NCBI GenBank assembly: GCA_963793425.1
Contig: CAWCAG010000005.1
Span: 1,568,001-1,632,000, forward strand
DNA length: 64,000 nucleotides
DNA from: an uncultured cyanobacterium
GTDB lineage: Bacteria > Cyanobacteriota > Cyanobacteriia > Cyanobacteriales > CAWCAG01
Reading direction: 5' to 3'
Each line of letters opens with the position of its first letter. Position 1 is the first letter of the stretch. Of this stretch, positions 24,903-35,322 are shown piece by piece. Position numbers and translations under genes: made by a program. The notes under the pieces were generated by a model. That model did no database searches. It saw only the letters and a list, made by a program, of their open reading frames with translations, and had not been told where the DNA came from.

Positions 24903-25036
24903 GCTGACCTAAATTAAGTAATAACTAGGGAATGTCAGTAAAAAAAGCTAATCTCTACTCTATCGATCCGGAATGTTTCCCCTATCCTAGGAAAGAGTAT
25001 CGGACACACCTAAGCTGGTGTTAACAACAGAAAGCT

Positions 25037-25999
25037 ATGGGATTGTACTCATATTCTTTTGTCAAAATGAACCAAACACCAAAAATAGCCATCCCTGAGA
25101 CAGGATTACTCTCAATCCTGAACAAAATAGAATCCCAACTGTTAGAAAGTGAAGTTTGTCGCCAAGCAATAGCAAAGTTAAAACCTCTATTTGGTAAAAA
25201 TAGCCAACTAGCTGAAACCGTGGTTCAAACGGTAGGGCGAGAGGCAATTAAGCTTACTATCAAGCAAGTAGCGGCACAGAGCCAAACCTTAGCTCAAGCA
25301 ACTTCACCTAGCCAAATTCCTGAAGCACAGATGTCTTTATTTCCTTCTGAGGAATCTTGCTCAGAAGAATTGAGACTTCCTGATGGGTCAAGCAAACGCT
25401 TAGAAAGACCTATTGGTGCAACCATACCTTTACCAAAAAAACATACCAAAGTAAAGAAATTGGCAAGACAAGAAGAAATGCAATATAGAGAGCAGCAATT
25501 TCGCAAAGTTGGTCATCTCTTAAAAGAAGCTCGCCAAGCCCAGTCTATCTCTATTAGGCAACTAAATAACCAAACCTTAGTTCCTCTTCATCAAATTGAA
25601 GCAATCGAAGCAGGAATAGCTCATAATCCAGCAGAAGATATTTATGTTCGGGGTTTTGTGCGCCGTCTTGGTAATGCTTTAGGCTTAAATGGAGTTAAGC
25701 TGGTTTCCTTCTTACCAAAACCCAAGGAAGATTCCGTTCTTCCTTCTTGGAACTGCTCTAAGTCTGGTTCCGGAATGGATATTAAATTAGCTCACCTCTA
25801 TGTCGGCTATACCGCTATGGTGGCAGGTTCTTTGGGAGGTTTAGCTTGGATGGGTAACCAAGGAGCGCCCAGCGTCTCTGTGGAACCAGAAGTTCCGGCT
25901 ACTTCAGAAGAATCTATATCTTCTTCCTCAAGGTATAGCAATGCTACCCCTGAACCAAAAACCAATGTTGCACCACCGGAAACTTTGGGGGGATTTTGA
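25037..25999 (+). CDS. RodZ-like helix-turn-helix membrane protein with N-terminal extension
   Basis: VGHLLKEARQ...QIEAIEAG...EDIYVRGFVRRLGNALGL, then HLYVGY TM segment. Confidence 0.8.
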   Translation: MGLYSYSFVKMNQTPKIAIPETGLLSILNKIESQLLESEVCRQAIAKLKPLFGKNSQLAETVVQTVGREAIKLTIKQVAAQSQTLAQATSPSQIPEAQMSLFPSEESCSEELRLPDGSSKRLERPIGATIPLPKKHTKVKKLARQEEMQYREQQFRKVGHLLKEARQAQSISIRQLNNQTLVPLHQIEAIEAGIAHNPAEDIYVRGFVRRLGNALGLNGVKLVSFLPKPKEDSVLPSWNCSKSGSGMDIKLAHLYVGYTAMVAGSLGGLAWMGNQGAPSVSVEPEVPATSEESISSSSRYSNATPEPKTNVAPPETLGGF

Positions 26000-26146
26000 T
26001 TAGTTGAAAGTGAGGTTAGGGTAAAAAAAAGAGAAAAGATTGTTTTTTATTATTTGATGACTTTCTCTCTGTTGTTAATCACCTTGATAGTTATTGTTCC
26101 TCTTAACATTTGCTCCTGAATTTCTCAATCTCCCTAACCAAATCTT

Positions 26147-27253
26147 TTAACCTAATACCAGATTATCGCGGTGAATTACAGTTTCTGCGCCCACGTAGCC
26201 CAGAATTTCTGGTATTTCTTCGGAACGATGTCCTTTAATAAGTTGAATTTCTGCACTGCTATAATTAACAATGCCTCTGGCAATTTCTTGATTTTGCCCG
26301 TTAATTAACTGTACTGCCTCGGAAGCTTGGAAGTCCCCTTCCACTTGAGTAATTCCTGGGGCTAATAAAGACTTACCCCCTTGACAAATCGCTTTTACTG
26401 CTCCTGAATCGAGGTAAAGCTTGCCTATAGGTACTAAACCGTGGGCAATCCAACGCTTACGAGCTTTTTCACTACGGGGTTGAGGCTCAAATTGAGTACC
26501 GATGAGGTTGCCTTGCAAAATTTGAGCCATTTGCTGAGGGCGAGAACCTTTCGTAATTACTGTTCTTACCCCTGCACCAGTGGCAATGCGGGCTGCAGCT
26601 AATTTAGTTACCATACCTCCAGTCCCCCATTGAGAACCACTAGAACCCACTTCTACCTTTAATTGAGCTAATTCTTCTGCGCTAACTAAGCTAATGGGGA
26701 GGGCTTGAGGAAATTGACGGGGATCGGCGGAGTAAAGTCCGTCAACGTCAGTTAATAGAAAGAGCCAATCTGCTTCTACTAAACTAGCAACTAGGGCTGA
26801 AAGGGTGTCATTATCACCAAATTTAAGCTCTTCTACAGCGACTGTATCGTTTTCATTAACAATGGGAATCACCCCTAATTGCAGCAATTCCTGAAAAGTA
26901 TTACGAGCATTAACATAGCAACTTCTAGACATTAAATCGCGACGAGTGAGCAAAACTTGGGCGATAGGTTGTTGCAAGGTGGTGAATAAATCATCATATA
27001 CTCGCATTAATCTTCCCTGTCCTACGGCAGCTACAGCTTGTTTTGTAGCCATAGTCTTGGGTCTTTCTTTTAGCCCTAAACGAGTGCAACCAACCCCTAC
27101 TGCCCCAGAAGAAACTAAGATAATGCGCTCCCCCGATGAGTGCAAATGAGTGAGGGTTTCTACTAACGAACCGATAGTAGCTAGGGCTAATTGTCCTGTG
27201 TTTGGATGAGTCAGGCTGGATGTACCAATTTTAATAACTAGGGTTCGAGACAT
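26147..27253 (-). CDS. proB: Glutamate 5-kinase
   Basis: [36 protein letters not shown] domain. Confidence 0.98.
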   Translation of the reverse strand: MSRTLVIKIGTSSLTHPNTGQLALATIGSLVETLTHLHSSGERIILVSSGAVGVGCTRLGLKERPKTMATKQAVAAVGQGRLMRVYDDLFTTLQQPIAQVLLTRRDLMSRSCYVNARNTFQELLQLGVIPIVNENDTVAVEELKFGDNDTLSALVASLVEADWLFLLTDVDGLYSADPRQFPQALPISLVSAEELAQLKVEVGSSGSQWGTGGMVTKLAAARIATGAGVRTVITKGSRPQQMAQILQGNLIGTQFEPQPRSEKARKRWIAHGLVPIGKLYLDSGAVKAICQGGKSLLAPGITQVEGDFQASEAVQLINGQNQEIARGIVNYSSAEIQLIKGHRSEEIPEILGYVGAETVIHRDNLVLG

Positions 27254-27846
27254 TGCCCCTTCCTTAATTCGGCTAAATCTTCAGGAGTATTGCAGTTAAA
27301 TAAAATTTCTTTGTCTTTGAGCGGTAATTCTTGAACAGGATGCTGATCTAACCAGCCTTGAAAAGACCTCCCTCCGGCTTCTAAATAAGCTTGTAGCTGG
27401 GGTAAGCAGCTAGAGCGATAAAAACCGCATAAAGGTTGCCAACCCTGCTTATCTCTTGGCAGAAGGGCAATTGTTTCTGGGGAGATACTAGTTAAACTTA
27501 TTACCCCTTGATTTAATATCCCTGGCTCTAATTTAGGCAGATCACAAGCAAGCACAAGCACCCAATCAGTCTTTACCTGGGGCAAAGCTTGGGAAAGGGC
27601 AACCAAAGGGCCATCAGGAGATTTTTCTTTGATAAAATCACAACCTTCCGGGACAATTTCTTGATATTTTTCTGGACAAGAGGTAACCACATAAACTTGC
27701 TCACTACATCCCTTAGCAATCTGACAAGTGCGGTGCAACATTGGTTCAGTATTAACAGGGAGAAGAGCCTTATCTTGACCCAAACGAGAACTCTTTCCTC
27801 CAGCTAAAATCAGAGCAGTAAGAGAGGGGGCAGATGGGAATTCCAT
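27238..27846 (-). CDS. mobA: Molybdenum cofactor guanylyltransferase
   Basis: [30 protein letters not shown]. Confidence 0.95.
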   Translation of the reverse strand: MEFPSAPSLTALILAGGKSSRLGQDKALLPVNTEPMLHRTCQIAKGCSEQVYVVTSCPEKYQEIVPEGCDFIKEKSPDGPLVALSQALPQVKTDWVLVLACDLPKLEPGILNQGVISLTSISPETIALLPRDKQGWQPLCGFYRSSCLPQLQAYLEAGGRSFQGWLDQHPVQELPLKDKEILFNCNTPEDLAELRKGQCLEP

Positions 27847-27940
27847 AATGGCAGATCAGGGAAATTTTTAACTGAATAGAGACGATTTTGCCCCTTAGTT
27901 GCTAGACTTTGGTTAGCCAGCCTTTGACCTTTGATCAACT

Positions 27941-28321
27941 ATGGCAGATAAAGACCCTTTTCAAGAAGAAAACCTCAAGCAATTACAACTCTTTATTTAT
28001 CTAGTCCCTGTGCTAGGTCTTCTACCTTCTTTATGGACACTGTACAGTAGCAAGGGGAGCAAGGAGCAAAAAAAAGTCAGTCGTTTATCTGTAACCTTAG
28101 CCTCAACTTGGCTTCTTGCTTACTCTTTATTATGGATGGGGTCAGCCCAAACGACAGAATTTGCCACAATGCGTTTATTATTTATCAATAGTATGTTAAC
28201 CTCTGGTTACTTTTTGGTATGTCTGGGTTTGATGGTGCGTCTGTGGAAGCGTAAATCTCCTCGCCTTCCTCTTTTTAGTAGGATTGCTGAGGGTTTTGTC
28301 CGTAAATATTTATCATCATAG
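27941..28321 (+). CDS. Cyanobacterial membrane protein of unknown function
   Basis: Three hydrophobic segments; upstream of an LCP gene. Confidence 0.7.
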   Translation: MADKDPFQEENLKQLQLFIYLVPVLGLLPSLWTLYSSKGSKEQKKVSRLSVTLASTWLLAYSLLWMGSAQTTEFATMRLLFINSMLTSGYFLVCLGLMVRLWKRKSPRLPLFSRIAEGFVRKYLSS

Positions 28322-29786
28322 GGATGCTTTTGCCCCTAACAACTCAACCGCCTTCAAACTTTATTTTTTGTGTGTGAGGAAGCCAGTGCCAGCAAACAAG
28401 ATTTCGGGTAAAGCACCGAGAAGTACCCGTGCCAAGAAAACAACTCACTATGTTAAAAAAAAGCAACCTCCTAAAGCCCGTTGGTTGTGGATTTGGCTTG
28501 GTTTAACAGGGGTGGCGATGCTGTCAGCAACTGCTGGGGCGATTTTGGCAGTTTCGATTAATGCTACTCCTTTGTTACAAGCTGAATTAACTCCAGAGGA
28601 GGAAGCGATTTTTGGTAAAGGCGGCTCTATTTCTCGTAAGAGTTTGCGTTTGCCGGAGTTGACGCGGCCAGTTAATATCCTGCTGCTGGGTACTAAGGTA
28701 CTAACCTCAGATTTAGATGAACCTCCAGAAGAAGAAGGCTACCACGCTTTAGTTAATTCTTTTGATGGGCTATCAGATACCATGCTTTTGTTGAGGTTTG
28801 ACCCCAAGGAAGAAAACCTCACTTTATTATCAATTCCCCGCGACACCCGCGCTTATATTGAAGATCACGGTACAACAAAAATTAATGAAGCGAATTATTA
28901 TGGTGGTCCAGCTTTAGCAGCAAAATCTATTAGTGAACTGGTGGGGGGAGTAGAGATTGACCGCTATATCAGGGTCAACGTTCAAGGGGTAGAAAAGCTA
29001 ATTGATGCCTTGGGAGGGGTGACAGTTTATGTCCCCAAGGATATGAAGTATCAAGATGATAGCCAACACCTCTACATCAACCTTAAAAAAGGGAAACAGC
29101 ATTTAGATGGGGAAGAGGCGATGCAGTTTCTCCGCTTCCGCTACGATGAATATGGAGATATCGGTAGGGTACAAAGGCAACAAACCTTAATGCGGGCAAT
29201 TGTAGAACAAAGTCTTAATCCTGGGGTAATAGTTAGAGTCCCAAAGATTATTGAGGTAATTAAGTCTCACATTGATACTAATTTGAGTGTAGAAGAATTA
29301 GTGGCTTTAACCGGTTTCGCTTCGCAAACAGACCGTTCCAAGGTACAAATGATGATGTTACCTGGAGAGTTTAATGGTACAGGAAGAGAGGGAGTTAGTT
29401 ACTGGATTCCCCATGAAAATGAGATTAGAGATTTAGCGACTCAATATTTTGATCGTGATCGAGACAGAGATGAGGAAGAAAACGAAAAAGAAAATACGAC
29501 AGATCCTGCTAATATTACTGTAGCAATTCAAGATTCTACTGATAGCCCAAGAGCAGTAAGAAGACTAGTAGAAGAACTACAAGAATTAGGTTACAACGAT
29601 GTTTATATTGATAAAGATTGGCCAGAACCTTTAAAAGTGACTCGTATTATTGCTCAAAACGGTGATAATGCTGGGGCCGCAGTGGTTAAGGCTGATTTGG
29701 ATATAGGGGAGATCCGGGTGGAAAGTACAGGATCTTTACGTTCTGATGTGACAATTCAGTTAGGGAAAGATTGGTTGAAAAGGTAG
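28284..29786 (+). CDS. LCP (LytR-CpsA-Psr) family protein with LytR_C domain
   Basis: TM anchor, SDTMLL, LSIPRD, KINEA, RFRYD-GDIGRVQRQQ; true start probably a GTG near 28374-28386. Confidence 0.93.
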   Translation: MLRVLSVNIYHHRDAFAPNNSTAFKLYFLCVRKPVPANKISGKAPRSTRAKKTTHYVKKKQPPKARWLWIWLGLTGVAMLSATAGAILAVSINATPLLQAELTPEEEAIFGKGGSISRKSLRLPELTRPVNILLLGTKVLTSDLDEPPEEEGYHALVNSFDGLSDTMLLLRFDPKEENLTLLSIPRDTRAYIEDHGTTKINEANYYGGPALAAKSISELVGGVEIDRYIRVNVQGVEKLIDALGGVTVYVPKDMKYQDDSQHLYINLKKGKQHLDGEEAMQFLRFRYDEYGDIGRVQRQQTLMRAIVEQSLNPGVIVRVPKIIEVIKSHIDTNLSVEELVALTGFASQTDRSKVQMMMLPGEFNGTGREGVSYWIPHENEIRDLATQYFDRDRDRDEEENEKENTTDPANITVAIQDSTDSPRAVRRLVEELQELGYNDVYIDKDWPEPLKVTRIIAQNGDNAGAAVVKADLDIGEIRVESTGSLRSDVTIQLGKDWLKR

Positions 29787-29832
29787 GGAATGGCTAACTG
29801 CTAGTGGCTAACTGCTAATTACTCCGCTTTCT

Positions 29833-31125
29833 TTGTTAACCATGACTAAAAAAAAATGGTATGAGTGGCTTTGGCGATCGCTGCAACTAGGGGTACTAAT
29901 CTTCCCTTTAATTCCTGTTGTAGGAGTTGTGGCCATTGGGATTAGTTTGCTAGGTAGCTTATGGCATAATTTTCCCCAAATTAAATACAGTCGTCTCAAT
30001 TGGGGACTCATTGTCCTAACTTTAGGATTAATAGTTAGCTGTTGCTTAGCTAACCAACCCCTAGAAGCTTTCCTCGGTTTAGCTAATATAATTCCCTATT
30101 TCCTATTGTTAGCTGCCTGTAGTACTTTGATTAAAACCCCAGGCCGGTTGCGTCGTTTGGCTTGGTTGATGGTGATTCCCTCTTTGCCCGTCGGGATTTT
30201 AGGTTTAGGACAGTTATTCTTAGGTTGGTCTACCCCAGAACAATTCTCAGCTATAGTAGGTTGGACATTAGCCACTAAAGGCAATCCAACCGGGAGAATG
30301 GCTTCTGTATTTATGTACGCCAATATCCTAGCTATTTATCTTTTGATTGTTTTTAATCTTAGTTTGGGTTTGTGGATAGAAGCCTTTCAGGTTTGGTACA
30401 AAAGAAGGCAAGGGAGGCAGTTGTGGTTTTTAACTGTTGTATTAATTTTGAATGGAATCGCCATTATTCTGACCCATTCTCGTAACGCTTGGGGTATTGC
30501 GGGAATTAGTTTTTTGGCTTTTGCTATCTATCTTGGTTGGTGTTGGTTGGTTTTGGCCACAACAACCGCCGCAGTTATAGTAGCTTGGGCTTCTTGGTTG
30601 CCTGTTTGGGGACAAAGTTTTTTACGCCAAATTGTCCCTGTTTATGTCTGGGGAAGACTATCAGATCAAGTTATTACCAATCGTCCCTTACCCACCTTGA
30701 GGGCAACTCAATGGCAATTTGCTTGGGATTTAGCCCTAAAATGTCCTTGGAGTGGTTGGGGGCTACGTAACTTTACCCCTCTTTATGAAGCCCAAACTCA
30801 ACATTGGTTAGGACATCCCCACAACTTCTTTTTGATGTTAGCAGCAGAGACTGGTTTTCCGGTGACTATTTTGTTTTGTATTATAGTTGGCTATATTATG
30901 GCTAGAGCAGCTTCTTTATTAACAAAATATCATAAAAATAGTCTACGAACTCAAGATAGGTTGATTATTTTTACTTATTTAGTAACTTTTAGTAGCTGTG
31001 TTTTATTTAACCTATTTGATGTCAGTTTGTTTGATTTTAGAGCTAATACTTTTGTCTGGATTATATTAACTGCTTTATTAGGTATATCTAAAGATTCTTT
31101 TACTCAGAAAAAGTTTTATGGCTAA
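29833..31125 (+). CDS. O-antigen ligase family protein
   Basis: Polytopic; GRMASVFMYANILA, LTHSRNAW, GWGL, HPHNFFL. Confidence 0.88.
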   Translation: MLTMTKKKWYEWLWRSLQLGVLIFPLIPVVGVVAIGISLLGSLWHNFPQIKYSRLNWGLIVLTLGLIVSCCLANQPLEAFLGLANIIPYFLLLAACSTLIKTPGRLRRLAWLMVIPSLPVGILGLGQLFLGWSTPEQFSAIVGWTLATKGNPTGRMASVFMYANILAIYLLIVFNLSLGLWIEAFQVWYKRRQGRQLWFLTVVLILNGIAIILTHSRNAWGIAGISFLAFAIYLGWCWLVLATTTAAVIVAWASWLPVWGQSFLRQIVPVYVWGRLSDQVITNRPLPTLRATQWQFAWDLALKCPWSGWGLRNFTPLYEAQTQHWLGHPHNFFLMLAAETGFPVTILFCIIVGYIMARAASLLTKYHKNSLRTQDRLIIFTYLVTFSSCVLFNLFDVSLFDFRANTFVWIILTALLGISKDSFTQKKFYG

Positions 31126-31594
31126 ACAAGAAATTAGCAATATTGATAACTTCCTACAAATATCAGATTCAGTCGCTACTAGCGGGCAACCGACACCAGA
31201 ACAAATTCAGGCCATTGGAGAAGCAAAATACCAAGTCGTAGTTAATCTTGCTTTAGCAACTTCTACAAATGCCCTCACTAACGAACAAGAAATTGTTGAA
31301 GCTATGGGTATGGAATATGGCCATATTCCTGTAATCTGGGAAAATCCTACTTTAGAGGATTTGCGCCGTTTCTTCGAGATTATGAGTAGCCGTAGCCATG
31401 AGAATGTTCTTGTTCATTGTGCTGCCAATATGAGAGTCTCCGCCTTTATGTATCTTTATCGCTTGATTGAGCAAGATATTAACGAAGTAGATGCTAAAAA
31501 AGACTTAGATAAAATTTGGCAGCCTAATCGGGTTTGGCAAGATTTTATAGAGGAAGCAATTACTCATAATGAGCAAATTTCTTTCTCTTCCTAA
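31118..31594 (+). CDS. Protein tyrosine phosphatase-like protein (DUF442-type)
   Basis: TSGQP, VVNLA, HIPV, HCAANMR. Confidence 0.85.
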   Translation: MAKQEISNIDNFLQISDSVATSGQPTPEQIQAIGEAKYQVVVNLALATSTNALTNEQEIVEAMGMEYGHIPVIWENPTLEDLRRFFEIMSSRSHENVLVHCAANMRVSAFMYLYRLIEQDINEVDAKKDLDKIWQPNRVWQDFIEEAITHNEQISFSS

Positions 31595-31603
31595 TTCACA
31601 AGT

Positions 31604-32176
31604 TTAAACCTTTGATTCATGGGACATATGCTTGAGCCAATTAAAGCGAGTTTGAGCTAATTCAGAATGTTCTAATGCTCTAGGATTAAGTTCATCTTTT
31701 CCGGCAAAAGATTTTTGCTCTTCTTGAGTTCTTTCTAGTTCAATGCCATAACCCAAACGCCTGACGGTTCCACGCATCCGATTTGCTAAACAAAGGGAAA
31801 TACCATGAAAAAATCGTGAAGCAAAACCTGTATCTTGTTCAAGTTTGGTTGTTAGTTGCAACCTGGGAATAGCAAGTATTTTAGAATCTTCTAATGCTTT
31901 AACAGTAGCAACAGGAGGACGAATATCCACGAAAGAAATTTCTCCTACCACTTCTCCACTAGATATTTTAGCTAGTTCCCGGTCACCTAAAGATTGAATA
32001 ATAACGCTGAAAGTACCACTCAAAACTATGTAGAGAGCATTTATTTTCTGCCCTTCATAGATTAGAGTATCTCCCTCTAAAATAGTTTCTTGTCTACTTT
32101 TTTGAATTATCCAGTCTAAATCATCGTTATTAAGTTCGCCTAATATTAACAGTGCTTTTGTCATACTGGTACTCAT
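31604..32176 (-). CDS. Cyclic nucleotide-binding domain protein
   Basis: LYIVLSG, GEVVGEISF, PPVATVKA. Confidence 0.88.
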   Translation of the reverse strand: MSTSMTKALLILGELNNDDLDWIIQKSRQETILEGDTLIYEGQKINALYIVLSGTFSVIIQSLGDRELAKISSGEVVGEISFVDIRPPVATVKALEDSKILAIPRLQLTTKLEQDTGFASRFFHGISLCLANRMRGTVRRLGYGIELERTQEEQKSFAGKDELNPRALEHSELAQTRFNWLKHMSHESKV

Positions 32177-32762
32177 TCTTTTGACCCCGTACTATTTATG
32201 TTTACGGCGGTACTAGCATCTTGGTTTTGAAAATATAAGATTTAGATGCACAACCCTGACTTTTTGCTTATAGCAGTTTCCTCTATATGCTGTACCTATA
32301 CTTAAATGCTATTGTAGTAGCTTTGAGTTTTGAACTCTGAAGTTTTTTTCTCTAAGCAGTTTCTAAGTGTAGCATTCAATTTGCAATTTAGTCCTCTGTC
32401 CTTTGTAAGGCAGTTTCTCTCCTTAGTTATCTACAAAATTGCTTATTTTTAACCTCTGATGCCTCTAACATAAGCAGCAGTTAGAGAAAGGATCTTTATG
32501 AATAGATAAAGCTCGTTCTGAGTCTAATTTAGAGATTGCGTACTCTGCCTACATAACCATTGGCAAAAATTAAAGCGGCTTTTTCTGCGATCGCTCTTCG
32601 TTTACCTAAAATTATCCCAACTAACAAACCAGATGTTGCCGCAGCTAAGAGAATATGAAAATGAATAGTTTATTTTTCTTCTGGATAACTATTTTTACGG
32701 AAGTATATCTTTGCTATTTACTTAAAGCTTTAATTTTTAAGACTTTGTTGGTTTTAATAAAA

Positions 32763-33726
32763 TTATTCAGCAGCAGGTAAAAACATTCCTGCTTCAATTT
32801 CTTGGCGTACTTCTGGGCTAACAACACCTTTATTTAAACATTTCGCTAGTAATTTTTTGGCTTCTTGATATTGTCTGAGTAATTGTAGTTGTTCTCTGTT
32901 AAACTGCCAATCATGACCAATATTGCGATGTTTGATTGTGACTGCTGTTAATTACCTCCTGTAAAGATGTTTCAGGAGAATTATCAAATTGTTGAATGAT
33001 ATAGGTTAATAAATTCGGTTGCCTTTCCTTCTCGGCAAACTCTTTGAGAGTAATAAACAACGGCACTAATTCAGCTTGCAATTCGCCAATTAAGCACTGC
33101 ATAGCCAAGTATTTTAAGAAAGTAGTCTTTCCCGCCCCTGGTTTTCCCCAAACCATTAACTTGGAATGCCTTTTAACTGCTTCTAAACCTGCAACCCTTT
33201 CTTCTTTGACTTTGCCAAATCCTAAACGCTCAAAATTTTCTGCTTCTAACTGACAAGCTTGTTGTAACTCTACTAGACCAAATCTTTGCTTAGTCGTAAT
33301 CTTCTCCAGAATATTAACATCAGTGTAGATGTCATCTAAATCCATATCCTGAGTCATATCCAACACTTTTATTGTGCCGCAAAGTTGTTTGATTAAGGGG
33401 CGAATCTGTTCACGAACTTTTTTAACCGTTGCGTTTATGTCTTCTTCTTTCTTTTCAATAACTCCAGGCTGATCTTTCTGACATTTCTTCTGTAATAGAT
33501 CATGTAATAAACGCCGTTTGTTAGGTCTTCTTTGATTAAAGCTAAACTTTCGATAAACTCCAGTTAAGCGAGTCCGCAAAGCATTATCACTAATATGAAG
33601 TTCGTCGGCAATTTGCTTGAGATTTTTGTTATCACTAAGAACAGCAATGAAAGCTTCTTCCTGCTCCTCAGAAAGCTGATATAGCCGCGCCATCTCTTTT
33701 AAAAAATCAAGGGGAAGGGGTTGCAT
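32763..33726 (-). pseudogene. HTH-NACHT NTPase with large internal deletion; C-terminal helical domain left out of frame
   Basis: N-terminal HTH, Walker A GKPGAGKTT; breaks near 32950 before Walker B; shifted frame reads KHRNIGHDWQFNREQLQLLRQY...VSPEVRQEIEAGMFLP to a stop at 32763. Confidence 0.85.
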
Positions 33727-33774
33727 TCTGGTTTTGTGAATAACCTCAACTACATATTGAATATAGCGTTATTA

Positions 33775-33814
33775 CTTAAGTCAGCCTAAGTCAGTCTAAG
33801 TAAGCCTAAGTTTG
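33775..33814. repeat. Four phased 10-bp direct repeats (TAAGT core), candidate operator
   Basis: cttaagtcag cctaagtcag tctaagtaag cctaagtttg in the divergent intergenic region. Confidence 0.75.
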
Positions 33815-33877
33815 AGCGAAAACTCTCAAGTCTAGTTGCGACAGTGAATATAGTTCACCTCACAAAAGGTAAAAATT

Positions 33878-34096
33878 ATGCAAATTGATTGGCTAGGTTT
33901 TATTGTTCTTTTCCTGTTAACTAAATCTGGAGAAATCATACTCGAACAGTTGCTAACTAAGTTTTGGCAATGGGTACTCAGTGAAACGAACATCAAACAA
34001 CTTATACTTAGCTGTAAACTGCAAATCTTGGTTATCTATCTTGACTGGTTGTTAGAAAGAACCCCGGTTGAGAAATTAGGTAACAAGGATACTTAA
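33878..34096 (+). CDS. Small hydrophobic hypothetical protein divergent from HTH-NACHT
   Basis: AAAGG RBS, ATG, 72 aa, followed by hairpin AAGTGGGCA-AA-TGCTCACTT. Confidence 0.6.
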   Translation: MQIDWLGFIVLFLLTKSGEIILEQLLTKFWQWVLSETNIKQLILSCKLQILVIYLDWLLERTPVEKLGNKDT

Positions 34097-34310
34097 GATA
34101 CACTATAAAAAGTGGGCAAATGCTCACTTAATAGCAATTTTCTTGAGTGTCCCTAACTTTACTCAACAACTCAGAATTTCACCTATGGCATTACGAATTT
34201 AGATATGGAGTTAACCAACATCTTCAACCCACCCAATAGCGAAGGTTTCTCCCCTACTGGTTTGTCAAAGCAATATTTTAGGGTAGCTTTTATGAGTAAA
34301 GGTTGATTCT

Positions 34311-34352
34311 TTACCCCTTACCCCTTACCCTTTGCCCCTTACCCTTTACCCG
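34311..34352. repeat. Heptamer tandem repeat (TTACCCY)x6
   Basis: Directly visible upstream of tpiA. Confidence 0.8.
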
Positions 34353-34474
34353 TCAATTTCTAATTGACAGACTACTACTCCCTACTCCCTTTCCTAACAA
34401 CCAATTTCACTGAATTCCCTCAAAGTTATAAACTAAACTTTGCAATCTGTTTAGACAAAAGAAGATATTAAGCT

Positions 34475-35200
34475 GTGAGAAAAGTAATTATTGCGGGAAA
34501 TTGGAAAATGAACAAGACTCAGGAAGAGTCTTTGAATTTTTTACAATCATTCCTCAAAGAAATCAACGAAGCACCTACAGATAGAGAAATTGTTCTTGGT
34601 ACGCCCTTCACTGCCTTGGGTATAATGTCCAAAAATCTTCATGGTAGTAGAGTACGTTTAGCTGCCCAAAACATTCACTGGGAAGAATCTGGAGCTTATA
34701 CAGGGGAAATTTCCGGCCCCATGCTCAAAGATACAGGCATTATGTATGTGATCGTCGGCCATAGCGAACGCCGTCAATACTTCGGAGAAACTGACGAAAC
34801 TGTCAACTTGCGTTTAAAAGCAGCCCAACGCAATGGCTTTATTCCCATTCTCTGTGTGGGGGAAACGAAAGAACAAAGGGACACAGGAGAAACTGAAGCA
34901 GTAATAGAAGGGCAGCTAAAGAAAGACTTAGTAGATATTGATCAAAGTCAGCTTGTAATTGCCTACGAACCAATTTGGGCGATAGGTACAGGAGAAACCT
35001 GCGCTAGCAAAGAAGCAAACCGTGTTACTGGTTTAATTCGCTCTCAACTAGATTACAAAAACACCACTATTCAATATGGCGGCTCTGTGAAACCAAATAA
35101 TATTGACGAAATAATGGCTCAACCAGAAATTGATGGGGTGTTGGTGGGAGGAGCAAGTTTAGATCCTGTCGGTTTTGCCCGCATTGTTAACTATATGTAG
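34475..35200 (+). CDS. tpiA: Triosephosphate isomerase
   Basis: [35 protein letters not shown]. Confidence 0.99.
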   Translation: MRKVIIAGNWKMNKTQEESLNFLQSFLKEINEAPTDREIVLGTPFTALGIMSKNLHGSRVRLAAQNIHWEESGAYTGEISGPMLKDTGIMYVIVGHSERRQYFGETDETVNLRLKAAQRNGFIPILCVGETKEQRDTGETEAVIEGQLKKDLVDIDQSQLVIAYEPIWAIGTGETCASKEANRVTGLIRSQLDYKNTTIQYGGSVKPNNIDEIMAQPEIDGVLVGGASLDPVGFARIVNYM

Positions 35201-35275
35201 AGAATAGGGAATAGGAAGCGGGGAGTAGGCAGCCGAGAGAAAATGTTGTCATGAGCTAATGCTACTTTTCTTAAA

Positions 35276-35308
35276 AAAAAGGGACACTGTTAAACGGTGT
35301 CCCTTTTT
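35276..35308. terminator. Bidirectional intrinsic terminator between tpiA and sps
   Basis: A-tract GGGACACTGT-TAA-ACGGTGTCCC T-tract. Confidence 0.9.
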
Positions 35309-35322
35309 AATCGCTATTTATT

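Noticed and set aside
24850..25036. Integrated element at tmRNA or at either tRNA
   Set aside because: No integrase and no duplicated 3' end (att site) seen; flanks are ordinary genes
32177..32762. Possible further gene remnant (minus-strand hydrophobic frame HILLAAATSGLLVGIILGKRR near 32535-32665)
   Set aside because: No start codon and no family I can recognise; BLASTX would be needed
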